A stretch of DNA of 47,107 nt from Meyerozyma guilliermondii (Eukaryota). Each line of letters begins with the position of its first letter. Position 1 is the first letter of the stretch. Shown here in pieces: positions 20,638 through 32,323 of this stretch. The notes beneath the pieces were generated by a model, which saw nothing but the letters and a program-made list of their open reading frames with translations, was not told where the DNA came from and did no database searches. The stretch lies in NCBI GenBank assembly GCA_051546255.1, contig CP128816.1, positions 1,922,001 to 1,969,107 of the forward strand, given 5' to 3'. A program made the position numbers and the translations under genes.

Positions 20638-22200
20638 TTATGTTACAATAGAAATTGATGCGATTGTACCCACCACAGAACATACGAAACCCACTGCCAC
20701 GCCAATATACAATAATGTTCTTTGGAAACTGGTGATTTGATCTTTCATCAACACGAGATAGAACAAGAGTGGGCAAGTCATACACATGGTGAATACCACG
20801 GCACTTCCCAAAAATGCAAGAACCTTGCCAAACAGTGTGAACACGAGCGACATGGCTAACATGAACGCAAAGAAGACCATTCGAGAAACTATTTGACCAG
20901 TGGAATAGTTTTCCTCTCTTTGGCCGTTTTTGACGACAATAGTGGAAGATCCCAAGTGGAAGTAGCTTTCATAAACGTTTACCACTGGTTTAGCAAGTAA
21001 TGGTATCTTTGAAATAGGCAATAAACCCATGAGTATACATATAGCTGGAGTAACCCACAGTGGGAAATTTGCGTTGGACATTAAATTTTTGGTGATGGAA
21101 TCTTCACATTGAGATCCAAACATGAGGTAGCCAGCTACCGCAACCAAGTAGTTGAGATCAAAAACCAAAAAGAATGAAGTGTTGGCCACTTTAGGATACT
21201 TCAACGGATGTCTCATGTCACGATAGAGTTCTGGAAACACAGGATGACCACCCCATGGAGCCATAAAGATGCCAAGGCTCATAAATACTTCCATTGCACT
21301 TTTAGGCCACCAGGATGTAGCGGAAGGGTGGAGTAAGGAGCCTGGAGAATTGGAGGTGAAAAACCCACAAATTATGAGGATGACGATTAATGCGTTGGTG
21401 CAAAGAAGGCCCAACAAACTAAGAAATGAAAGGGTGGAAAGCAGGAGAAATGAGAGGCAGAAGCTTGCCAAAATCAATATTGCTTTATAGGCTGGTTTGG
21501 GAATTTGTGGGTACAAAAGAAAGAATGAGTCTCCGAATAAAATAACCAATTCCACCAAGGCACCCAATAAATCCACAATGAATATCGCTGTGACCACATA
21601 ATGAGCAGTTTTACTTCCTATGCTCGACTTGTGGCCAGTTTGCTCAGCAATGTCCCCATAGCTGTTCAATGAAGGGTATCGTTTTAAAATTCTTCCGAGC
21701 ATCTTGGCAGTCATTCCTGTGATGTACGAGCTAGATGCGAGGATAATCGTACCAAAGATCCATCCAGAAAGTCTAAATCCAAACGGAAGAGATAACATGC
21801 CAATTCCTATCAATGTGTTCATCGAGTTGAATATCGTTTGTGGTACAGTGGACTCTCCAGTGCGAGCAATGGTTGAGCTGGAATGACTCAGTCGTCTGAT
21901 CAACGTAGTAGTTTCATCATGAGGAAAGTCAAAAGTGTCAATTCGATTAAATTGATGAGGCAGATTGCCCACAGACGATTCTTCGTCATCTATAGCACTT
22001 TCTGACTGTCCGGATGGTCGAATTGAAATCAGTCCTTCGGCCGCGGGTGTTTCTGGAGACGTACAAGGCGAAAGATCTTCTTCAGAAGGGCCCCTTTCGA
22101 CCGCTAGAAACTTCTGAGCTCTGGTGTATGACGAGGCGAAGTTGCTAATTGAGTTACGACCTCCTGCATTGAGAAATGACAGTCTTCGTGACGACGGCAT
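20638..22200 (-). CDS. Vacuolar amino acid transporter (AVT1-like, Aa_trans family)
   Basis: STVPQTIFNSMNTLIGIGMLSLPFG, GGHPVFPELYRDMRHP, multiple TM segments and a Ser-rich N-terminus. Confidence 0.88.
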   Translation of the reverse strand: MPSSRRLSFLNAGGRNSISNFASSYTRAQKFLAVERGPSEEDLSPCTSPETPAAEGLISIRPSGQSESAIDDEESSVGNLPHQFNRIDTFDFPHDETTTLIRRLSHSSSTIARTGESTVPQTIFNSMNTLIGIGMLSLPFGFRLSGWIFGTIILASSSYITGMTAKMLGRILKRYPSLNSYGDIAEQTGHKSSIGSKTAHYVVTAIFIVDLLGALVELVILFGDSFFLLYPQIPKPAYKAILILASFCLSFLLLSTLSFLSLLGLLCTNALIVILIICGFFTSNSPGSLLHPSATSWWPKSAMEVFMSLGIFMAPWGGHPVFPELYRDMRHPLKYPKVANTSFFLVFDLNYLVAVAGYLMFGSQCEDSITKNLMSNANFPLWVTPAICILMGLLPISKIPLLAKPVVNVYESYFHLGSSTIVVKNGQREENYSTGQIVSRMVFFAFMLAMSLVFTLFGKVLAFLGSAVVFTMCMTCPLLFYLVLMKDQITSFQRTLLYIGVAVGFVCSVVGTIASISIVT

Positions 22201-23415
22201 CACACCGATACTTGATTGAAAGGCCTAGATTGTGGCAGATATTGTAGACTTTGTGACGTCAAGTAGCTTGCAGCGAATATCTGAGACACTATACAGTTGC
22301 ACAAACACAACTGGAATTCCTCGATACAGTTCAGTATTAATCTGCAATGAGATTTTGCTGCTATATTTTTTTCGTCACTAAGCCAAGACGCCGCATCTAT
22401 CAATGTCCTGCAGGCAAACTGTTCCATGCATATGGTGATAAACTTCGAACCCTCGGGCTGGGTAAGCATTGTGGCTGAATCAAGCGATGGCCAAGCCGAC
22501 GGCGAAATCCGAAGTTTGCATGATCAATAGTCGCTCGTACATCGAATTTCACCGAAGGGTTTGAGGCATGGGTAATGTTTTGACGTGCTAGTGTCTCCTT
22601 TTAGAAGCAGAGAATAAGATCTGTAAATTTAAGAAATTATACAAAACTTTTTCCATTCCACAAAACTGAAACTCAGCCAGAATCCCGAAAATCTCATCTC
22701 CATGACACATGAAAGTGAATCGTGGAGACAGAAGTCTGTGCATCGGATAATTATCTAACATTGAGCATTATACTCTCGGCATTAGGCGCTTCGTATTTTC
22801 ATAGTCTCTTGTCGTCCCTGCCTCCGAGGCTGCAAGTTAATGTATATCGTGCATGGATTGCCGAGGAGCATTAGGGGAATCAAGCTGGGTCTAGAAATGC
22901 GCCAAGTTCCAAATTTCACCGCACTTACTACAGTGCATATCGGAAATATTCAAATCGTGAATAGTCCCTAAAACAATTTGGAGATGTGGAGAATAATCTT
23001 CTAGAACTTGCCGTACTTTCCGGTGCACAATTGAAGGTTTCTCGGACTTGCGTAAATTTTTCAGTGAGCCGTGCGGCAATTAACTATATTGGAATTTCGC
23101 AGCCAACGAGGAAACTTTAAGTACCAGTTTCGTCTGACCAAGTCGATTACTCTCATTCTGTCTCATCTACTATTGATACTCTGATATATCGTGGTTACTA
23201 GTTTCCAACTTGCATGACCCATATTTTTGGACTTGCACTATCGTGCCTCAACTTGCATGAGCTCACATCAAGATTGGATCGGATATGTACCGCTTCTTCA
23301 TATGAACCTTGAATCACCAGCGGTACTTCCTAATTACACTGCCGTTTACGAACATAAAGTAGTGGACTAAAAAAAGAAAAGCGGAGAAAGTGTCGAGTAT
23401 ATAATCACTGATTGG

Positions 23416-24360
23416 ATGGCTTCAAAAAAGGAAATGTCAATCAAGCAGGATCACCTCCCTAGTGCTGATGCCCAAACTTTACATTTACCTATTAGTGAAT
23501 CCATAAATGTGATGTTCCAAGGCTCCCATGAACCCACTCAGCCAAGACAAGTTTACGACAACTCGGGTGCCGCATTTAATCCACTTTCTGCTCGCCGCAC
23601 CGTCAACTTGGCTTATGGAGATGTAGTTCAGCCGTATTATGAAACCTACGCTCAACTACCAAATGACAACTACCACTCTGATTACCACCATGAGCTAGCG
23701 CCAGATGGGCACTCGCGGTTTACACCAAAGGGAGAGTTGGTACAACAGCGCCATGATGGGAACTTTTTGCAGCAGGCTGCTACCCATCACAGTACAATTC
23801 TTCCATCCAACAGACGAACTGTGTCGACAGAGACACTGCTTCTGTCTCCACAACCACAATCAGCTTCTAGTATTGGTAATGTTCCACTACCATCTGAACG
23901 AATTGGCCATGAGTTCCCGGAACCAAATCACCAGTCGAAATACCCAATTCCAGTAAAACCGAGAATAGCTACCACATACTGGAATGACGAAAAGACGTTA
24001 TGTTATCAAATGGAGGCTCGAGGGGTGCTTGTGTCGAGAAGAGAGGACACAAACTATATTAATGGTACCAAATTACTAAACGTTGCTGGGATGTCTCGTG
24101 GAAAGAGAGATGGAATATTGAAGACAGAAAAAGATCGATACGTTGTGAGAGCAGGCGCCATGAGCTTGAAAGGAGTTTGGATACCTTATGAGAGAGCCAA
24201 GGAAATTGCTCGCAATGAGGGGGTGGACAATTTTTTGTTTCCTCTTTTTGTTGAAGATATAAAAGAGTTCTATCTGACCAAAGGCTCACAATTGAAGAGC
24301 GATTGTGCACCAACGGATTCTTACGACTCTTTTATAAACCAAAGGTTTTTAGGCCCTTAA
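23416..24360 (+). CDS. EFH1: APSES transcription factor Efh1
   Basis: APSES domain VSRREDTNYINGTKLLNV..RGKRDGILKTEK..LKGVWIP..AKEIARNEGVD matches Efh1-type rather than Efg1-type residues. Confidence 0.8.
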   Translation: MASKKEMSIKQDHLPSADAQTLHLPISESINVMFQGSHEPTQPRQVYDNSGAAFNPLSARRTVNLAYGDVVQPYYETYAQLPNDNYHSDYHHELAPDGHSRFTPKGELVQQRHDGNFLQQAATHHSTILPSNRRTVSTETLLLSPQPQSASSIGNVPLPSERIGHEFPEPNHQSKYPIPVKPRIATTYWNDEKTLCYQMEARGVLVSRREDTNYINGTKLLNVAGMSRGKRDGILKTEKDRYVVRAGAMSLKGVWIPYERAKEIARNEGVDNFLFPLFVEDIKEFYLTKGSQLKSDCAPTDSYDSFINQRFLGP

Positions 24361-24417
24361 GGTGAAATTTACGTTCTGTAGTTCTTGTTGTGCTCGAAAT
24401 TTAGACTCCTCCCTTAT

Positions 24418-25968
24418 TTAGATATCAACTAAAGTTCCACGCTTTTCTTGTTGTTCTTCGATCGACTTGAAGAGACCCTTGAAAGTGCCTTTCCCGAACC
24501 CATTATGATGATGACGCTGAATGATTTCAATGAACAAAGTTGGACGATCATGTAGAGGCTTGGTGAAAATTTGCAAGATGTAATTGCACCCTTTATCCTT
24601 TTTGCGACGACTGGAGCTATCATAGTCAACCAAGATGTTGAGCCGATGAAGTTCCGAAAGATCTTCTTTCAAAATAATGTCGTCGTTGTGTAAGCGTTCA
24701 CGAAGTTCGTCATAGTACTCATTGCCCATACTATTGAAAGTTACCCCTCTTTGAATAAGCAGACCAACGGTACTGATAATGTTGGTTGTCAGCAACGCAA
24801 TATGTTGAACCCCAGGTCCACCATTGAAATCATAAAACTCTTCAATTTGTCCCCGTTTCTTCCCCTTGAATGGTTCATTAATTGGAATCTTTATTCTTCC
24901 ATTGCTCGACGCCATGACAATAGATCTTAACGCGGTGTTTTCTGTCGCTACGTCAGTCTCATCAACCGACCAATACTTGTGTAGTCCAAATATTCGAGTA
25001 TAGAGTCTTGCCTTGTCCATCATTTGATTCCAAGTGTAGTTCTGAACACAGTGATCTATACGACAAAGATTGACAGCTGGTAATTGAGAAAGCTGGTCGG
25101 TATATTCCACAGACTCTTCTTCAATATTGCCAACATATCCAGGTAAAAATGGACCCGAGTAATCGATATGCTCAATAAGAGTATGACATATATCGGTAGA
25201 TGGCAACCTAACAGTAGCTAGTTTCAACAGCCCGTTTTCGTCACTCAAAATCCTAGGTTTGAATATTGCTACTGCTCCTTCTCTAATTGCTTTTTCGTAG
25301 ATGAAGTCGACATCTTGAACACACAAGGAAATATCAAATACTCCATCACCGTGCTTTGACACAAATAATTGAATAATCTTCTGGATAATCATATCATGAA
25401 TAGTCGTCAGAGTATCCAGTGCAATATCCTTTAAAAAAGCATTGTAGGATTGAATCTGTGATCTCTTGACTCTCGATGCAGCTACTGCTTCTTCAATGGC
25501 CATTGTGAAATCACTGAATTCATTTTTACCAAGGTGAGCTTCAACGACCTCGTGTATAAAGTCACTGATAAAAGAATCAAAGTGTTGAACTGCTTCCTCT
25601 CTAATTGGATCTAGATTAGGGTTATCGACAGTCGACGGAGCTGAGACATCCTCAGAGAATCCTAATGTGTTCACCAATTCAAATATGACATCGCCATTAC
25701 TGACAACATGGGAAGCAATATTTCTTGAATCACTCTCGAGTCCCCGATAAGCTACTTGTTTGAATCCCATAGAATACTCTAGAAAGCGAGCCATTTGTTT
25801 TGCGTTGGAGCAACAAATCTTGAGCGAGTGAAATGATACAAATCCATCACGAGGAAACTTTTGGTTTTGAAATCCATCAAGCAACAAATCTTCTTCAGCA
25901 ATACCGAGTAGCTCATCATCAGTAGCCGAGAAGAAAGGCAACTCGGCAAGGACAGATGTTTCCGACAT
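24418..25968 (-). CDS. 4-hydroxyphenylpyruvate dioxygenase
   Basis: KHGDGVFDI, IDHCVQN, IKIPINEP, QIEEFYDFNGGPGVQHIAL, LQIFTKP, FIEIIQR, GFGKGTF. Start uncertain (ATG 25968 or 26133). Confidence 0.92.
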   Translation of the reverse strand: MSETSVLAELPFFSATDDELLGIAEEDLLLDGFQNQKFPRDGFVSFHSLKICCSNAKQMARFLEYSMGFKQVAYRGLESDSRNIASHVVSNGDVIFELVNTLGFSEDVSAPSTVDNPNLDPIREEAVQHFDSFISDFIHEVVEAHLGKNEFSDFTMAIEEAVAASRVKRSQIQSYNAFLKDIALDTLTTIHDMIIQKIIQLFVSKHGDGVFDISLCVQDVDFIYEKAIREGAVAIFKPRILSDENGLLKLATVRLPSTDICHTLIEHIDYSGPFLPGYVGNIEEESVEYTDQLSQLPAVNLCRIDHCVQNYTWNQMMDKARLYTRIFGLHKYWSVDETDVATENTALRSIVMASSNGRIKIPINEPFKGKKRGQIEEFYDFNGGPGVQHIALLTTNIISTVGLLIQRGVTFNSMGNEYYDELRERLHNDDIILKEDLSELHRLNILVDYDSSSRRKKDKGCNYILQIFTKPLHDRPTLFIEIIQRHHHNGFGKGTFKGLFKSIEEQQEKRGTLVDI

Positions 25969-26141
25969 CACTAGCCTGTTTTGATTTTGTGTTTGTGGTG
26001 AGATTTTCTCGGGCAATTTTGCACCCAACTTGTTACATTTGTGTTCGATGAGAATGCAACTGAGAATCCCTCCATTGACTCTGCGCCAATAGGTTGTCGT
26101 AGAGTACCGATTGTGAGGCTTTATAATCTTCATTTCTTATA

Positions 26142-27296
26142 TCAAAGTTGAGAATATGGTGTCGAAAATAACTTGGGGGGATAGGGAGCATCGCTGATAG
26201 CCTCAAAATCCTTATAAACACCAAACAAGTACTTTTCAATATCTTTGCAGAAATCGATGGTTTGGACTTGATCAAACTTTTCCTTTTTCTCATAGTTTTC
26301 CATAAGGTTGATTCTGAACTTTCGGAGTCTTTGCTCGATTCTCTCAAACTTGTAGTTGACATAATTGGGGTAGAACTTGTCGTTTAAGAACGAAGGAGTT
26401 GCCGATGGACTCTCTGAAACCGCTACAGTTGTATCTGGTGTGTCCACTTCTTCTGGTATAAATGACACAACAAGTGATATTCTGTCTGCGTTATTCAAGG
26501 GTTTGGTTGCAATATGCTTAACGACTCTTCCTTGAAGTAAGGTAGCGTGACCTTTACGGGGACCGTCGACTCTAAAGATTTCTTCGTTTCCCATTCTTAG
26601 ACATGTTTCACCTCCAATCATATTTGAAGGCGCTTCGAGCATCAACACGCACACCAAGGGGGTACTATCGTAGTGCCAGGACACAGAGCTAGGAATATTA
26701 TCAGCATTGGTATTCTGTTCCCTCAACTTTTCTCTTAAGTCTTCATCGGTTTTTACGGACGTTTCGTTTCTACACTCTTTTAACGAAGCATTAATGTGAG
26801 CCATGCTGTAGACATGAGGTATCTTCAACGGCAAGCCGGCGAGTTTGCTCATAATTTGAATGGTTCTGGGGTGAGAGATCGCTGCCTTGATAAACGGAGT
26901 ATTGTCTGCAAAACCAGAAACTTGAAAGTCTTTCGAACTTGAGCCCACGGCTAGATTTACACGCCTACCATACTCACGAATTATATCAGGGTTCAGAAAG
27001 AGCTCCCATTTCATGATTTCAATGGCATCTTCAGTAAATAATGGAAAAGGTTCAACAACAGCAACGTCAGTGATAGTTTGACAATGAGTTCTTTTGATCC
27101 CCAAATCTTGCAATCTGTGTATTTTGGTGGTTTGTGTTTCGTCAAAGGCAAGATGAACATCCGGATCAAACTCAAACTTGTCGGAGAAATTTGGCTTCTG
27201 TTTGATTTCTTCAGAAACCTTGAGTATATCGTGAGTCAATACATCCTCATCAATGTCATAGTCATGGTTTCCATTTATGATTTCTTCTGTTAGCAT
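26142..27296 (-). CDS. Putative Fe(II)/2-oxoglutarate-dependent dioxygenase, substrate unknown
   Basis: WHYDS (HxD), GGET, LLQGRVVKH (distal His), RISLV (RxS). Confidence 0.75.
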   Translation of the reverse strand: MLTEEIINGNHDYDIDEDVLTHDILKVSEEIKQKPNFSDKFEFDPDVHLAFDETQTTKIHRLQDLGIKRTHCQTITDVAVVEPFPLFTEDAIEIMKWELFLNPDIIREYGRRVNLAVGSSSKDFQVSGFADNTPFIKAAISHPRTIQIMSKLAGLPLKIPHVYSMAHINASLKECRNETSVKTDEDLREKLREQNTNADNIPSSVSWHYDSTPLVCVLMLEAPSNMIGGETCLRMGNEEIFRVDGPRKGHATLLQGRVVKHIATKPLNNADRISLVVSFIPEEVDTPDTTVAVSESPSATPSFLNDKFYPNYVNYKFERIEQRLRKFRINLMENYEKKEKFDQVQTIDFCKDIEKYLFGVYKDFEAISDAPYPPKLFSTPYSQL

Positions 27297-27617
27297 TTTT
27301 TTTGGAACGAATTACGATTTGCGCCCTTTTGACTTCATTGTATTATTTGCGACAATGAATCCTTATCGCTAGAGGATCTCGTGAATTTTGACCTAAAATA
27401 AATGTTCGGGTGTAACCGTTTCCGGAACATTTCCCGATTAGGATTTTCAATGCGTACTATGAACAGAGGTCGTAGATTTTAAGCGAGTATAGAAAGTGTG
27501 GTTCATATACATATAATTATGAATAGCAATAAATTTAATTGAGCAGCATTGAAGCATTAGGAGCAATCTCTCATTGTCGTGTATAAAAATTATCTTCCAT
27601 CACCGATTATGATACAA

Positions 27618-29051
27618 TTAATAAGGAGTAATAGACCCCGATTCGCCTGATTGAGAAGCCGGTCCTCTTTCATGATTCGGGTTTGTATTGCCATTAGCAC
27701 GCACCTTCTCATCTGTGTTCTGCTCCGTAAGCTGGTCGTCAACCGACAGCTTCTCGCGTTCAGAGCTATCACCTTCATTGCTAAAATCTTCTTCGTCTTT
27801 GTTGGCCTTGATAACCTTGACCTTGATAAGATTGGTGGTACCATAAGACCAAACTGGATGCAATGGGACAAATATGAGACCACAAATTGCAATCATTAGA
27901 GCATCTAATGTCATCAAGTACACCTCGTGAGTAATAAGGTATCCACTGAATCCTTGGGCTAATTCAACCACACGATAAATACAACGAATGTACACGGCAA
28001 TGACTGCAATGGTAAGACCCAATGGCATGTATGGCATAAGTTTACGCGAACGAATGGATTCGAACTTTGGGTTGTACACTGGTTCTCTGTACAACGATTT
28101 GTACTCTCTTGCCGACTTTCCATGGAAAAGTAATTTGAAAAAGTGGCCAACCGATGGCTTTGCAAGTGGGTGCTCCTTATAATCAGCGGGAAGGCTATCC
28201 ACGTTAGACTTTTTAAAGTAAAGTCTTCTTAAAAACTCAAACCAAAACGTAAGGAAAACAGTCATAGCAACAACTTGGAATACGATACCAGCAATCATAG
28301 TATTGGTACCAGGTTTAGTGTCATCATGTCTGTTGGTAGCAATGGAAGCAGCAGCACCACCTCCCGCTTGAATCACCAACGAAAGCACATCGCAACCAAT
28401 AAAAAAGTAGGAGTACCACATGGGTTTCAAAACGGAAAATTGTCGACCATGAATCACTACACATTGTGCAAATAAAAAGTATATCCCCGCCATAATGAAT
28501 GCGGGAGCAATTGTCAACGACACGAATTGAAGCAAATAGTAGTTCATATCGGTGTTATCTTTGAAACTGAGAACTCTACCAAGGAAACCAGCAAATTCGA
28601 GTCCATAACCACAGAAAAATGTAATGTTGTACCAATGGTAGCGAGACTTGACAAACATACCTATAATGTAAAAGAAAATGGCAGCGAACACAATCAAGTA
28701 TATGATATTAGCGGGACGATCAAGATGTGTTCCATACAAGTTTTCGTCTTCTGCTAATGCCTTCAAGTTGAGAGTCGCATCGAAGATTGCTTGTGTTGCT
28801 TTCGCTTGAACTTGTTGAGCAGTTGCTGTGGCAAGTACTTTTTCTGCCTCAATAATGGTGAGCGATGCTTCTGCTCCTCTAATTACCTGAGAGAGGGAAT
28901 AAAAGTCATAATTTTCAGTCACAACTGAAAGCGAAGAAACTGCAGCCACTAAAGATTCTGATAATGCTGGGGCATAAGTAGTTGCAATGCTTGAAAGTGT
29001 GGTTGTAGCCGGGATCTTACTCGGAGTCCACAGTGAAATAGAAAAAGACAT
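27618..29051 (-). CDS. RTA1/RSB1-family long-chain-base transporter (copy 1)
   Basis: GYGLEFAGFLGR, LTIAPAFIMAGIY, CDVLSLVIQAGGG, IRCIYRVVELAQG, LDALM..HP; Ser/Thr/Ala-rich N-terminus. Confidence 0.92.
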   Translation of the reverse strand: MSFSISLWTPSKIPATTTLSSIATTYAPALSESLVAAVSSLSVVTENYDFYSLSQVIRGAEASLTIIEAEKVLATATAQQVQAKATQAIFDATLNLKALAEDENLYGTHLDRPANIIYLIVFAAIFFYIIGMFVKSRYHWYNITFFCGYGLEFAGFLGRVLSFKDNTDMNYYLLQFVSLTIAPAFIMAGIYFLFAQCVVIHGRQFSVLKPMWYSYFFIGCDVLSLVIQAGGGAAASIATNRHDDTKPGTNTMIAGIVFQVVAMTVFLTFWFEFLRRLYFKKSNVDSLPADYKEHPLAKPSVGHFFKLLFHGKSAREYKSLYREPVYNPKFESIRSRKLMPYMPLGLTIAVIAVYIRCIYRVVELAQGFSGYLITHEVYLMTLDALMIAICGLIFVPLHPVWSYGTTNLIKVKVIKANKDEEDFSNEGDSSEREKLSVDDQLTEQNTDEKVRANGNTNPNHERGPASQSGESGSITPY

Positions 29052-30231
29052 GGTCTGGGTGATCTTGTCGTTTTTTTGTTATCAAGGTTTCTCTCCTTAT
29101 AAACTTCGCGGACCTTTATTTCGGTACGAACTACGGAGATATTCCTGTGTGTAGCGGGGCTGTGGCGGTTTACGATTCTTTGCATCGCCCGCAAAGATTA
29201 TTTATGTAAGCGCGTGGTGGCTGACACTTGCCAAAATGGATAACATAGTACTTGGGAGACAATTGTGAGACAATTGTGACACCAATAGTGACAATAGGTG
29301 TCAAGATTCGAGGTGTCAAATTTTAACTGTGCCGTATAAAAATGTAAGGCACGTGGCTTAGCGAGGCTGATGAAGAGAGGGGCAAACTTCGCTTCTAGAA
29401 ACATTGAGAGGTGTGTTTTAAACTTTTCGTTTAAACGGTTCGATTTTTTGCATAGCCGTCGCAATTTTGGAAATTGAGTACTGAGAAAAGAGAGGAACGA
29501 CAAAAAATAGTGCGAACTGAAAAGGCTGTCTTATTTTTTCCGGTGAGTTGCTCAATTATGTCAGTAAATAGGAGGGGCAGATGACAGCCATCGAGGGGTA
29601 CATGACAGGCATACGTAAATTATACGACAAGAAAGTTTTTGTGTGTTCATGTTTTTCTTTTGCATTTTAAGTACTAGCGATCATTACAGTAACTTGAGAT
29701 AGTGATCAGCTCACGAAATTTCGCCTTCTTTTGCTAAAATGCCAGATTGAATTTGCAGCCATTTACCGCGCTAAAAATAGTCATACCCCACAAAATCGAT
29801 ATTGTAGGCTCAATTAGACAGATACTTGGCAAAAGAGGAGTAGAGAATTTTTGCAGTTGTTTCGACGGACGTTGGCGTCTTTCCAGCATTGAGGATAAGA
29901 TTGAAGTTGTGGCTGGATAAGAATACGTAGTGGCTCTTTAGGACTTCTTGAAGTTGCTCATAAATTCAGATTTTTTGATGGTTCTTTCACGTAGTGTTAA
30001 TAAGCGAGATATGGTTGCAAATGGAAAAATTTGAAAGACAATTTCTGGTCCTAGCTCATACTCAGACAGCAACGTTTTCAAACAGGTACGATATCGTCGT
30101 TCCTAATGCGTAGCTTTTGTGGAATACACTTTGGGGCGTAGACATATCCCAGAAAGCCGAGGTAATCTTGCTCTTTCGTTCCCAGAGTCTAAGAGGCTTC
30201 TCTCATGGTTCACCGTATCATTGGGTCATCA

Positions 30232-31554
30232 TCAAGAATGGTCTTTTAAAAACCTTCCATACCATGCTGCTGCCTTTTCCGCATCTTGTATCTGTTGGTC
30301 TTTGTTCTGGTGAATTGTCTTCCTCATGATGATATTTTCTGGGCCAAAGGTCCATACTGGGTGCAACGGAAAGAAAATAAATCCACATATTGCAATCATC
30401 AACGCATCCAATGTCATCAAATACACCTCGTGTATCATCAAGTGGCCTCCAAAACCTTGGACTAATTCCACCACTCTGTAAATACACCGTATGTATATCA
30501 TGATTACAGCAACTGTGATTCCCAATGGTAAGAAATGAAACCTTTTTCTTTCACGTATCGAAGCATACTGTTGGTTGTAAAGTGGTTCTCGATATTGTAT
30601 CACATACTCTCTTGCTGATTTAGTGTTGAAGAGCATATTTGCAAAGTTCAATGGGGTAAATTGTACCATTGGGTGGGATCGAAAATCGGGAGGAAGTTTT
30701 TTATCAAAAAATGGCTCAAAATAGCACTTTTTCATAAACCAGAACCAAGAACCAAGGAATATGGTCATTGAAACTACTTGAAACATTATTCCAACAACCA
30801 TGGTATTTTTACCAAAGTTGGAATTCAGATTGGTGTTGGCTTCAGTGGATGCAATTGTACCTCCGACAGCTTGAATCAACAAAGAAACAACATCACATCC
30901 AATAAAGAAGTAGGTGTACCACATTGGTTTCCATACCGAAAACTTGCGACCATATATAACCACACATTGGGCAAATATGAAATAAATTCCTGCCATGATG
31001 AATGCTGGTGCGATCGTCAATGCAACAAATTGAAGCAAATAGTAGTTCATATCTGTGTTGTCTTTGAAACTGAGAACCCTTCCTATACATCCAACGAGCT
31101 CCAATCCGTATCCAAAGATAAAAGTGATGTTGAACCATTGAAATGAAGACTTCCAAACCATGATAATAAAGTAGAAAGCTTGCATTGTGAATAGCACGAG
31201 ATATATGATATTGGGAATCTTGTTCAAGGGAAGAGTGTACAAGTTTCCTTCGTCAGCAAGCTGTTTCAAGTTGAAAGTAGCAGCAAATATAGCCTGAGTA
31301 GCCTCGACTTTAATGGTTTCGTCAGTAGCGGTTGCAAGTACATTTTCAGCACTTATGATGGTAAGCGAAGCCTGAGCTCCCCTGGCAAGTAACGAATAAT
31401 AATGAAGAGCTGCTGAGCCTGTAGCAGTAGCAGCAACTTCCATGGCAGAAGATAACGTAGCAGAGAGGCCAGAGGTATGAGTAGTTGCAATTGACTTCAA
31501 AGTGGTTGTAGTAGGTGTATGGCTTGGAACCCAGGAAGCGAACGAAAATGACAT
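30232..31554 (-). CDS. RTA1/RSB1-family transporter (copy 2)
   Basis: Same motifs as copy 1; start MSFSFASW at 31554 aligns with the other paralogues. Confidence 0.9.
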   Translation of the reverse strand: MSFSFASWVPSHTPTTTTLKSIATTHTSGLSATLSSAMEVAATATGSAALHYYSLLARGAQASLTIISAENVLATATDETIKVEATQAIFAATFNLKQLADEGNLYTLPLNKIPNIIYLVLFTMQAFYFIIMVWKSSFQWFNITFIFGYGLELVGCIGRVLSFKDNTDMNYYLLQFVALTIAPAFIMAGIYFIFAQCVVIYGRKFSVWKPMWYTYFFIGCDVVSLLIQAVGGTIASTEANTNLNSNFGKNTMVVGIMFQVVSMTIFLGSWFWFMKKCYFEPFFDKKLPPDFRSHPMVQFTPLNFANMLFNTKSAREYVIQYREPLYNQQYASIRERKRFHFLPLGITVAVIMIYIRCIYRVVELVQGFGGHLMIHEVYLMTLDALMIAICGFIFFPLHPVWTFGPENIIMRKTIHQNKDQQIQDAEKAAAWYGRFLKDHS

Positions 31555-32323
31555 TTGATTGCTGAAGCTTGCTATGATTGGGAACTGAAGTGTATATATT
31601 ACATGGAGGGGTGAAAAGGCTGAGTAGTTTCTCATCTTGACTTCATTGTTAATGGTTGCAATTTTACGAATGGTAACGGCGCAGCCATGCACGCTGACGT
31701 AAGGAGATGGTCCGATTTGTCGATTGATGAACCAAAATGCAGATGCGCACCAATAAAGCATATGCACAGCCTGGCTCACAAGCGCAAACTTGTGTTTGAC
31801 GTATTTGGCAGTAGCAAAACACTTTTCGTAAACTGTGAGAATTACTATGCGGTAAGTCACGGTTTAGTTGCCAATCTATTTTTAGAAGAACTTTGTTAAT
31901 GGTTCAACGCCAATGGGAAACTACCATGTTATTCGTCGCTTCTTAATTAGCCGTAAAATCTAACAGTAGTAACTCCACGCTGCATTGTCTGCTGGGCTTG
32001 GCATTTTTAGATCTGCCCCGCTTTAAGGTAAAAGTTGCTGCAGCCGCTCGATATAAATAGATAGCCGCATGCAGAGTAGCGATTGAATGTTCCGAAGATT
32101 TGAAACATGAAATTAAATCAATGGCTGCGAATTCGTTACAGAATATCTCGATTCACTTCCTAGCTTTAAACAACGTCAAATGAAAGAAGAGTAGCCTGGC
32201 ATCAAATACTGGATAATACTGCTCAATCTACAACCAAATCAATCATCACTTGTCATATTTGGTGCTAATTCCATAATCTTGGCCTGGTAAAGCATGTTTC
32301 AATGGCTAAGGCTTGTTTCATAT

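Noticed and set aside
31555..31860. 102-aa N-terminal extension of RTA copy 2, and similar extensions on ILV1, YSH1, MCM5, GSP1, SER1 and MEC3
   Set aside because: The ORF finder used upstream non-ATG starts; paralogue and orthologue N-termini align with the downstream ATGs.
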